Positions 54,849 to 62,872 of a stretch of DNA of 64,000 bases are shown here, piece by piece. The notes beneath the pieces were generated by a model, which did not search any database, was not told where the DNA came from, and saw only the letters and a list, made by a program, of their open reading frames with translations. Numbering within the stretch: position 1 is the stretch's first letter; the number at the start of each line of letters is the position of its first letter. Origin of the DNA: Nitrospirota bacterium (lineage in GTDB: Bacteria; JACPQY01); assembly GCA_016190245.1 (NCBI GenBank), contig JACPQY010000085.1:35095-99094 (forward strand), written 5' to 3'. A program made the translations under genes and the position numbers.

Positions 54849-54877
54849 TTAGACCCTTGGTGGCTACCTTCTCTTCC
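54849..54877 (-). promoter_or_regulatory. ECF-sigma-type promoter, copy 4 (diverged spacer)
   Basis: GGAAG-N18-GTCTAA upstream of the FG-GAP gene; ATAACTA..TAGTTAT inverted repeat adjacent. Confidence 0.45.
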
Positions 54878-55049
54878 GGGCCGGTTATGGGGCGCCCCTC
54901 TTTTGCGATGGGGGGAATCGGTGCAGAGGATGACGGCGAGGGGGCAGACTCAGCCCAGGACAACCGCCTGCTTCAATCAAACAGATTGAAAATACTAGCC
55001 TAATCGTGCGAGCGGGGAGCTCGCCTGGTGGACGGGGCGCCCCGCGGGG

Positions 55050-55745
55050 CTATGCGGTGGGGGTCGGACCCTCCTTGCTCAACACCCGAACGAGAATCTC
55101 TTTGAAGAAGTCCTTCCAGGCGTTCCAGGTTCCTTCGCTCGGTTCTTCGGCTAGGATGAGGCCAAGCAACGGTCGAGCACCGAAGAAGATCACCATGAGG
55201 CCCAGCGCGCAGGCCACCACCTTTTCCGCATCCACCTTGTTCAGCAACCCCGAGTCCATGGCCTGCTGCAGGATGTCGATCATCCGCTTGATCTGGAACT
55301 TGAAGATCTCGGGGTGTCGCCTGCGGATCTCTTCGAAATACTCGCCGCCGTTGGCCGACTCCCTGAGGATGATACGCATGATCTGTTCGCTGGTCTTGTA
55401 GAGCTCAAAGTTGCGGTCGAAGATCTCGAGGGCCACGCTGATGGGCTCGGTGATCTTGGAGAGCGCCGACTCGGTCTCGGTGGCGATACGCGTCACGAGC
55501 GATTCCAGCACGGCGAGATAGAGGCCCTCCTTGCTGCCGAAGTGGTAGTAGATCATGGCCTTGTTCACGTCGGCCTTGCGCGCAATCACATCAATGCGCG
55601 AGCCTTCGAGGCCGACGTCGGCAAAGACCTCTGCCGCCGCCCCGAGGATCCGTTCCCTCGACCCCCCGGGCTCCAGCGCGCCCTCGCCCCCCCCCGATGG
55701 AGGCGAGCCGCCGGGACGCTTGGGTTCGGACACCGGATGGCTCAC
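55050..55745 (-). CDS. TetR/AcrR family regulator
   Basis: RERILGAA..F...G.....I..IA..A.V.KAMIYYHFGSKEGL. Confidence 0.92.
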   Translation of the reverse strand: MSHPVSEPKRPGGSPPSGGGEGALEPGGSRERILGAAAEVFADVGLEGSRIDVIARKADVNKAMIYYHFGSKEGLYLAVLESLVTRIATETESALSKITEPISVALEIFDRNFELYKTSEQIMRIILRESANGGEYFEEIRRRHPEIFKFQIKRMIDILQQAMDSGLLNKVDAEKVVACALGLMVIFFGARPLLGLILAEEPSEGTWNAWKDFFKEILVRVLSKEGPTPTA

Positions 55746-56062
55746 GGGGTTTCCGGCACCTCCACCAGGAGGGCGTCGCCGTCCTGACGCACGTCATACA
55801 CCGTGGCCCGTGTCTCTTCGCTCATCGCGCTCTTCCCACCCTGGGCAAGGTCAAACTCCCAACCGTGCCAGGGGCAGGTGATCACCGTGCCTTCGATCTC
55901 TCCTTCGCCCACCGGGCCGCCCTTGTGCGGGCAGATGTTTTTCAGGGCGTACACGGCCTCCCCCATGCGAACCAACGCGATTTCGATGCCCTTCACGTTC
56001 ACGATTTTCGGGCGGCGATCCTCCAGTTCGGCCACCTTGGCCACCTTCACGAACTCTGCCAT
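55742..56062 (-). CDS. Rieske [2Fe-2S] ferredoxin (NirD-like)
   Basis: CPH..CPWH Rieske ligands. Confidence 0.92.
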   Translation of the reverse strand: MAEFVKVAKVAELEDRRPKIVNVKGIEIALVRMGEAVYALKNICPHKGGPVGEGEIEGTVITCPWHGWEFDLAQGGKSAMSEETRATVYDVRQDGDALLVEVPETP

Positions 56063-56213
56063 GTCGAACCTCCCGTTCGATCCTGCGATTCACCCGCTGC
56101 GGACGTGTCCGCCTTCGGCAACGGCCGCCCGCGCGCGGAAGGTCATTATCGGGCGTGTCCCCCAAGTGTCAAGGGCGCCGCTTACGCGCGGGGCTGCATG
56201 CTATACTTTGCGC

Positions 56214-57941
56214 GTGATCCCGTTCCGGCTCGAGGAGAAAAGGCGGCGTCTGCTCGAGGACGAGCAAGGCACGATCCACAAGGCAGGGGCGGATCTCTGC
56301 GTGGCCCTCGTGTATCCCAACATTTACTCCGTGGGCATGGGCAATCTCGGTTTCCAGGCGGTGTATGGCTATCTCAACGGCCTGGAAGGCGTCTCGTGCG
56401 AGCGGGCGTTTCTCCCCGATGCCGACGATGCCCCGCTCTACGACCGTCACGACACGCACCTGTTCACGCTCGAATCGGGTCGGCCCCTCTCGGCGTTCGA
56501 CGTGGTGGCTTTTTCGATTTCCTTCGAGGATGACATCATGAACCTTCCCCGCCTATTCCGGCACGCGCGGATTCCCGCTCTCGCTCGTGAGCGCGCCGAC
56601 GGTCACCCCCTCATCCTCGGGGGGGGGATGTGCGCCTTCATGAACCCGGAACCTCTCTCGCCGCTGATGGATGCGCTCTTTCTCGGCGAGGCAGAGGCGG
56701 GCATCTCGGAAGCGATGCAGGCCGTGCGAGCGTCGCTCCGGCAGGGCGGCGGAAGGAGCCGGATGCTGTCCGCCCTGGTGGGCGTGCCGGGCGTGTATCT
56801 CCCCTCGCTGTACGAGGTGATCTACGACGAGCGGCGCTGGGTGGCGGAGCGGCGCCCGCTCGGCGATGCGCCGGAACGTGTCCCGCGGCAGCGGGTAAGC
56901 GATCTGCGCGGCCTCAAGACCCAAAGCGTGATCCGAACACCCCACAGCGAATTCGGCGCGATGCACCTGATCGAAGTGACCCGGGGCTGCGGATGGCGCT
57001 GCCGGTTTTGCGCGGAGGGCCACGTGTATCTCCCGCCTCGTACCCACGCCGCGGCCGACGTATTGGCAGCACTCCCCGCCGCCGATGGTGCGCAGAAGGT
57101 CGGTCTGATCGGCACCTCGCTTCCCGAGCATCCCGATCTCGACCGGATCCTCGACGGCCTCATCCTCGATCAGCGCACGGTCTGCACGGCGAGCCTGCGG
57201 ATGGACGGCGCAAACCGTCAGATCCTCGCGCGGATGGCGGAAGGCGCGCAGAAAACCCTCACGATCGCCCCCGAGGCCGGCAACGAGCGCATGCGGCGGG
57301 TGATCAACAAGCCCATCTCCGATCGCGCGCTGCTGCGCTCCGTGGAGTCCGCGCTCGAGTGCGGGATCAAGAACATCAAACTCTACTTCATCGTCGGCCT
57401 CCCCTTCGAGAGCGACGAGGACGTGCGCGACATCGCCCGCCTCAGCCGCGAGGTGTGGACCGTGATCGAAGGGCGGAGCCGCCACCCTGACTCGAAGCTG
57501 ACGCTCAGCGTCAACCCGTTCATCCCCAAGCCCTGGACACCGTTTCAATGGTCGCCGCTCCAGGATCAGGCCGTGCTGCGCGCGCGGGTGCAGACCCTGC
57601 GCGAGGGGCTCAAGGATCTACCTCGAGTGCGCGTGGGCGGCTATTCCCCGCGCCAGGCCATCCTTCAGACGCTCCTCTCGCTGGGAGACCGCCGCGTGGG
57701 GGAGGCGGTGGCGTCAGGAGGGGGAGACGGCCGCCGCTCGTGGGCCGATCGGTTCGGCGGACTCGATTTCATCGTGCACCGGGCGAAAAGCGTGGATGAA
57801 CATCTGCCGTGGGATTTCGTGGATCATGGACTCCGGAAGTCTTTCCTCGTGGATGAGTACCGCCGCGCGGAGTCCGAGACGCGCACGCGGGCGTGTCACG
57901 TGCCGACATGCCGGATTTGCGGCGTGTGCCACGACCCGTGA
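56214..57941 (+). CDS. B12-binding-domain radical SAM protein
   Basis: YPN.Y.VGM.NLG, RGCGWRCRFC (CxxxCxxC), APEAG.ER.R..INK; TGCTATACT-N6-GTG. Confidence 0.88.
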   Translation: MIPFRLEEKRRRLLEDEQGTIHKAGADLCVALVYPNIYSVGMGNLGFQAVYGYLNGLEGVSCERAFLPDADDAPLYDRHDTHLFTLESGRPLSAFDVVAFSISFEDDIMNLPRLFRHARIPALARERADGHPLILGGGMCAFMNPEPLSPLMDALFLGEAEAGISEAMQAVRASLRQGGGRSRMLSALVGVPGVYLPSLYEVIYDERRWVAERRPLGDAPERVPRQRVSDLRGLKTQSVIRTPHSEFGAMHLIEVTRGCGWRCRFCAEGHVYLPPRTHAAADVLAALPAADGAQKVGLIGTSLPEHPDLDRILDGLILDQRTVCTASLRMDGANRQILARMAEGAQKTLTIAPEAGNERMRRVINKPISDRALLRSVESALECGIKNIKLYFIVGLPFESDEDVRDIARLSREVWTVIEGRSRHPDSKLTLSVNPFIPKPWTPFQWSPLQDQAVLRARVQTLREGLKDLPRVRVGGYSPRQAILQTLLSLGDRRVGEAVASGGGDGRRSWADRFGGLDFIVHRAKSVDEHLPWDFVDHGLRKSFLVDEYRRAESETRTRACHVPTCRICGVCHDP

Positions 57942-59278
57942 GGTCGGGAAATCGGGATGTCGTGAGATCGAGCGAGCGGGACTTCACGGAGAGCGCCCAT
58001 CAGCCGCGCCACCCTCGCGCGGGGTTTGCACCCACGACGTCCCGACCTCGCGACTTCCCGACCTCCCGAGGCCGCGTGCTGTTCATCCGCCTGAGTTCGC
58101 TGGGAGACGTGGTCCGCGTTCTCCCCGTGTTGGCCGGGTTCAAGGCCGCCGCGCCAGGGGTCGCGGTCGGACTGCTCACGGGCCGGGCCTACGGTCCGCT
58201 GTTCGCCCGCCTCCCCCTCATCGACCGCCTCCATCTTTGGCCCGGCCCCTCGGCCAGTGACGGCACCGTGACGCAGGCCCCTGGAGCGCCCGGCGCCAGG
58301 ACGCGGGCTGCCTGCCCGCCGAAGTCCGTCCGCCGTGGCGGACTGGACAGGCGGGAAGCCCGCGGCTACCGGGAACGAGCATCCGAGGTAGGCGCACCCG
58401 TGGGACGGGGCACAGCAGGCTTTGAGCCTGCGGACCTCTCGCGCCAGATGCTCATTCCCTCCAATGCGCTGAGAACCTTGCGCGAGATCCGAGGGATCGG
58501 CTACGAGCGCTGCTTCAACCTTCATCCCGGACTCCGCAGCGGTCTCATCACCGGCCTTTTGGGGATTCGAGAGAGCTACGGGTTCGGCCGGACGCTGGAC
58601 CGGGAGGGCGGGTTCCTCTTTTCACGTCACACGGTTGATCCACCGGCCATTCTCCACCGTGTGGACCAGTACATTGAGCTCCTCCGCGTCTCGGGTACGC
58701 CTGTCACTTCTTCGTTCGAGCGGCTTGCACTCGGAAGCGATTCGAGGTCGGAAATGTTGGATCGTTTTGTGAGGGCCAACGGCCTTGAGGGCGCACATCC
58801 CGTCGCCCTCTTCCCAGGTTCGAGCGGAACAAGAGACTCCAAGCGCTGGCCGGAGGAGTGCTACGGCGAAGTGGCCCGTCTGCTCCGAACACAGACCGGC
58901 TGCCGCGTGGTGGTCGTGCCCGGCCTCGGCGAGACCGACCTCGCGAGGCGCGTCGCCGAGCGAAGCGGCGGCGCGGCCCTCCTCGCCCCCGAGTGGGGGT
59001 TGGCCGACCTCGCGAGCTTTCTTGCGTCGTGCGATCTGGTGGTCGGCGGAGACACGGGTCCAATTCACCTCGCAGATGCGCTGGGCGTGCCCGTTGTCGC
59101 CATCTTCGGTCCCACCGACCCCGCGGTGTACGGCCCTCGCGGCGCCCGCGCCGTCGCGCTCGGCGGTCGGCCGGGTACGGGACGCCCCCATCGCGGCCAT
59201 TCCCGCCGGCTTGCCCCGCCGACTGCTGACGTGACCGTGGAACAGGTCGTCAACGCCTGCGCGGAGTCATTGCGGTAG
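57938..59278 (+). CDS. Glycosyltransferase family 9 (LPS heptosyltransferase-like) with internal in-frame insertion
   Basis: LFIRLSSLGDVV, FPGSS..KRWP, GGDTGPIHLA..FGPT.P; start uncertain (57938 or 58076). Confidence 0.85.
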   Translation: MRSGNRDVVRSSERDFTESAHQPRHPRAGFAPTTSRPRDFPTSRGRVLFIRLSSLGDVVRVLPVLAGFKAAAPGVAVGLLTGRAYGPLFARLPLIDRLHLWPGPSASDGTVTQAPGAPGARTRAACPPKSVRRGGLDRREARGYRERASEVGAPVGRGTAGFEPADLSRQMLIPSNALRTLREIRGIGYERCFNLHPGLRSGLITGLLGIRESYGFGRTLDREGGFLFSRHTVDPPAILHRVDQYIELLRVSGTPVTSSFERLALGSDSRSEMLDRFVRANGLEGAHPVALFPGSSGTRDSKRWPEECYGEVARLLRTQTGCRVVVVPGLGETDLARRVAERSGGAALLAPEWGLADLASFLASCDLVVGGDTGPIHLADALGVPVVAIFGPTDPAVYGPRGARAVALGGRPGTGRPHRGHSRRLAPPTADVTVEQVVNACAESLR

Positions 59279-59357
59279 GAGTTCAGTGTGCCCCGGTCAA
59301 TGACATTCAGGCCCAACTTGCCTGCATCCCTTGAAACCAAGCAGGTATCCGAACTGA

Positions 59358-59486
59358 TGGGGAACGATCTCCGGCAAGGAATATCTCATTCGTGTCGTCG
59401 TTGAGTTGAGGGACGGAACTCCGTACATCATCACCGTTTACAACACTTCCAAAATCGGCAAGTATTGGGGGGTGGAGGCCGTATGA
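59358..59486 (+). pseudogene. DUF4258-like toxin C-terminal remnant
   Basis: YLIRVVV..IITVYNTSKIGKYW with ATGA overlap to DUF2283; in-frame TGA upstream and no start. Confidence 0.5.
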
Positions 59487-59692
59487 AGGCGGTTTACGAC
59501 CGGGACACAGATACGTTGACTCTCGTTCTCTGTGAAGTTCCGATCGCAGAGAGCGATGAACTGAAGGAAGGTGTCATTGTTGATTACGACGACAAGGGAC
59601 ATGTCGTGTCCGTCGAGCTCTTGGATGCCTCCCGCCATGCGACCGATCCGGCCCGAATCGCCTACGAAGTGAAACCTGCAATCGCAGGTTAG
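59483..59692 (+). CDS. DUF2283-domain protein (antitoxin-like)
   Basis: MKAVYDRDTDTL..ESDE..GVIVDYD..G.VV.VELL.AS. Confidence 0.85.
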   Translation: MKAVYDRDTDTLTLVLCEVPIAESDELKEGVIVDYDDKGHVVSVELLDASRHATDPARIAYEVKPAIAG

Positions 59693-59757
59693 AGGCGCTA
59701 CATCGTCTTTCAGATCACCGGGAGGTTATCTCCGGTTACTCTGTTCCCTTACAGTCC

Positions 59758-60192
59758 CTAGCCCTGGCTCTTCAGCGCCGCAGCCAGGCCTTCGTTGAAC
59801 TTCTCGTAGACGGGCGCGAGGCGGGCGCGGGCCAAACGGATGAGAACCTCTCCGACCACGCCGCCAAAACACTCACCATGAATCCACAGCGTGGCGCGGC
59901 CATCGCGGACGGGCTTGGCCATGAAGTAGTGCTCCCCCGAAAATCCGGGCACGGCGCCCCGCCACCGCAGATGGCCTTCCTCGGCCGCGATGATGCGGGC
60001 CTTCACCGGCATCGCGGGCAGGCCCGGCGCACAGATCTTCAGCCGACGCGATTTCCCAACGACGAACGGCTCCCCCACCTGACCATCCTCGACGAAGCGA
60101 GCAATCTTGGGCCAGTTCGAGGAATCGATGAAGAACGACCACAGCCGCCTGGAGTCCACGGGGATCTCGATTTCGGACTTGATTTCGACCAT
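59758..60192 (-). CDS. SRPBCC/START-like domain protein
   Basis: IEI......LW....D...WP..L.WRG..F.GEH.F..E.F.G pattern. Confidence 0.75.
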   Translation of the reverse strand: MVEIKSEIEIPVDSRRLWSFFIDSSNWPKIARFVEDGQVGEPFVVGKSRRLKICAPGLPAMPVKARIIAAEEGHLRWRGAVPGFSGEHYFMAKPVRDGRATLWIHGECFGGVVGEVLIRLARARLAPVYEKFNEGLAAALKSQG

Positions 60193-60229
60193 GACTGCGG
60201 GTGCACGATAGACCCGCTGGCGCGGTGGG

Positions 60230-61651
60230 TCAAGGCGAGGGCAAGATCGCCTGTGGGCAGCCCCGGGAGAGAACCTCAGGAATGGAGTCGCCACCGCGAT
60301 TCGCACCGGAGCCATGACCCATCCGATAGGCAATCAGCCCGACACCCGCTTCCACCACCCTGCCGCCGGCCCGCACCAAGAGCCCCAATCGCCCCTGCGC
60401 GGGGAGCCGCGGGCATGAGCCATTCCTAGGCCTTCCCCCCACGACCGTCAGGTCTCGCGGCAAGCGGTCTCTCACTCCCTTGAGCGTCGCATCGGCCATG
60501 AAGAGATCTCCGCGCAGTGCGTGGACAAGACCGGCCAGCGCGCGCCCACCCGAATAGTACGGCGAGGTCACAGGGATCCGCTCGCACGCCGCAAGAGTAG
60601 TTTCGAGGTAGAGGTGCGCGAGCTTCTCGAAGGCCATCGCCTCCTCCGCGCCGCTCGCCACGGGCCGTAGGAGCAGAACGGCCATGAGCGACATCCCGAG
60701 GTGAAACGCCGCCTCATCCTCCGCCACCGGCCACGGCCCCATCCGAATCATCTCGCGCACGAGTTCGCCCCACCGCTCCATCCGCCTCGCCATGAGGTGG
60801 TCACGATGCGTCACATTCCAGCCGGACCGCGCCACCGCCAACGAGCCCTCGGGGTCCTCCAAGGCCCGCATCACGACTCGCGCGGCGTCCCTCGCGTCCC
60901 CCCAGCGGTAGGTGAGGAGGTCCCGTCCGGGCTCGAGCAGACCGCGCAGGCTCGCCGGGCAGTGACCGCTCACCACGAGTGCTCCGCAGGACATGGCCTC
61001 GAAAATCCTCAGAGTGGCTTCTCCCTTCAACGAGTGATTCAAAACGATCTTCGACCGCGGGTACACTTCGCGAGGGTCTCCACGCCCGAAGAAGTACGAG
61101 ACGCTCTGCGGGAGCCACCTCGCCACATCGTTCAGGAACCGATGGCGATCGGCGTCGTAGCGATGGGCCGAAACGAATCCGCCAATGAATGAGACGTCGA
61201 GGGGGCGGTCGAAGGAGGGTTCCAACCGCGCGCACGTTGCGGGCGGAGTTCCAGAGAACGGCGGAAACTGTTCCATGCGGAACCCCAGCGCACGTCCCGC
61301 GTCCATGTAAGGCGTCTGCAGAACCGCCGTCCGGTCGAAGAGCGGCGCATAGTACCGCTCAACCGGCCACGTCACCTGGGCGTCCCGGATCACATAGATG
61401 CTCGGCAGGGACAACCGATCGAGATCCACGATCCGGAAACCGTAGCCGTCCTCCACCACAAGCACGTCGGGCTTGACCTGGTCCACCACCGGTCCCAACA
61501 CGTAGAGACCCTGCCACGGGAGCCGGATGTCCGCGTGAGACTCGGGGCCCACGCGAACCACCTCCAGGTTCTGCCAGTGCATGTTTCCGTAGAGGCTCGA
61601 CGAGAACCACAGAACCCGCGGGCGCTGCGATGCGGTTCGAATGACAGTCAT
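60230..61651 (-). CDS. Glycosyltransferase (CgeB-like, GT-B)
   Basis: DVSFIG..R..VY..SKIVLN..LRIFEAMSCGA..F.PG. Confidence 0.75.
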   Translation of the reverse strand: MTVIRTASQRPRVLWFSSSLYGNMHWQNLEVVRVGPESHADIRLPWQGLYVLGPVVDQVKPDVLVVEDGYGFRIVDLDRLSLPSIYVIRDAQVTWPVERYYAPLFDRTAVLQTPYMDAGRALGFRMEQFPPFSGTPPATCARLEPSFDRPLDVSFIGGFVSAHRYDADRHRFLNDVARWLPQSVSYFFGRGDPREVYPRSKIVLNHSLKGEATLRIFEAMSCGALVVSGHCPASLRGLLEPGRDLLTYRWGDARDAARVVMRALEDPEGSLAVARSGWNVTHRDHLMARRMERWGELVREMIRMGPWPVAEDEAAFHLGMSLMAVLLLRPVASGAEEAMAFEKLAHLYLETTLAACERIPVTSPYYSGGRALAGLVHALRGDLFMADATLKGVRDRLPRDLTVVGGRPRNGSCPRLPAQGRLGLLVRAGGRVVEAGVGLIAYRMGHGSGANRGGDSIPEVLSRGCPQAILPSP

Positions 61652-61728
61652 GTCCTCATCGTCAGGATCGGCGGGAATCCGGGGGGTCTTGAGTCCCCGC
61701 TTCAGCCGGTCTCGGCTATAATCGCCCC

Positions 61729-62805
61729 GTGGACAAGCCGGCAGGTCCAGGGCGGGACGACGAGTTGATTCGGCTCGCCCACACGGACCCGCTCACCAAC
61801 ACCTTCAATCGCCGGTACCTCGAGGCCAAGTTGCAGGAGGAGTTCCGTCGCGCGCGACGTGACCGTGCCTCTCTCGCGCTCGTCCTCCTCGATGTGGACC
61901 ACTTCAAGCTCTACAACGACACGCTGGGGAACGCCTGGGGCGACCGCCTGCTCCAGCGCCTCGCGGAAGTGATCCAGAGCCAACTCGAGCAGACGGACCT
62001 CCTCTGCCGGTACGGGGGCGACGAATTCGCCGTCCTCCTTCCCGGTCGCGACCTGAAAAGCGCGACATCCTACGCGAAGAATCTCCTGAGGGCGATCTCA
62101 GGGGGACGCTATCCCGGCCACGAGTTGTTCGACGCGCTCTACTCGCAGGGACGGCTCACGGCGAGCATCGGCGTGGCCGCCATCCACCCCCGCCTCGAGC
62201 ACGAGACGGACCTCATCGCGTGGGCGGATTACGCCGTCTATCGGGCCAAGCGGGCGGGGCGGAACCAAGTCATCGCGCAGGACGGCCCCCCTCACACGTC
62301 CGATTCAAGGCGGCAGCCGCTCAAACTCTTCGAAACCCTCGCCGGCATCTTCTCAAAGGCGGACGAGGCCGCACGAAAACTGCAGCAAACCGTTACCGTC
62401 ATCCAGGACTGGCTGGGCGTGGACGTCTGCTCGCTCTACCTCCACGAGGCGGGCGATCTCGTGCTCAGGGCCACGGTGGGACTCCACCCCGAATCGGTGG
62501 GACGTGTGCGCATGAGCCCAAGCGAGGGACTCACCGGGCTCGCCGTTCAGACCTTGACGATGATCTGCGCGCCGGACGCCGCGCGGCACCCGCGTTACAA
62601 GTATTTTCCTGAAACGGGGGAGGAACGGTTCGCGTCCTACCTCGGCGTGCCGATCCTCTACGAGGCGAGGCCGCTCGGCGTGATCGTCGTGCAGACGCGC
62701 GCGATGCGCGACTTCTCGGACGAGGAAACCTCCACCGTCAGGGCCATCGCCGGGTTGCTCGGGGGATTTCTCGTTCCGCTCGCCGAGGCAGCACCTCGCG
62801 CCTGA
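61729..62805 (+). CDS. GGDEF (diguanylate cyclase-like) plus C-terminal GAF domain
   Basis: D.LT..NRR, D.DHFK.YND..G..GD, RYGGDEF; GAF with GEG.TG..D..HPRYKYF; TATAAT-N6-GTG. Confidence 0.9.
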   Translation: MDKPAGPGRDDELIRLAHTDPLTNTFNRRYLEAKLQEEFRRARRDRASLALVLLDVDHFKLYNDTLGNAWGDRLLQRLAEVIQSQLEQTDLLCRYGGDEFAVLLPGRDLKSATSYAKNLLRAISGGRYPGHELFDALYSQGRLTASIGVAAIHPRLEHETDLIAWADYAVYRAKRAGRNQVIAQDGPPHTSDSRRQPLKLFETLAGIFSKADEAARKLQQTVTVIQDWLGVDVCSLYLHEAGDLVLRATVGLHPESVGRVRMSPSEGLTGLAVQTLTMICAPDAARHPRYKYFPETGEERFASYLGVPILYEARPLGVIVVQTRAMRDFSDEETSTVRAIAGLLGGFLVPLAEAAPRA

Positions 62806-62872
62806 CCCCCACTCGAAACCGCGCGACCTGCTTTGCGCGCGCGCAATCCCGGTGGCCGCGGCGCCGAATTCC

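Noticed and set aside
54718-54963. 81-aa ORF overlapping the FG-GAP start
   Set aside because: It spans the putative promoter, has no recognisable features, and is likely spurious despite the ATGA overlap.
58401-58445. tRNA or att-site remnant (minus-strand GCAGG-CTCAAAG-CCTGC T-arm-like hairpin)
   Set aside because: The loop deviates from TTCRAAT, there is no D or anticodon arm or CCA, and it lies in a coding insert; probably chance.
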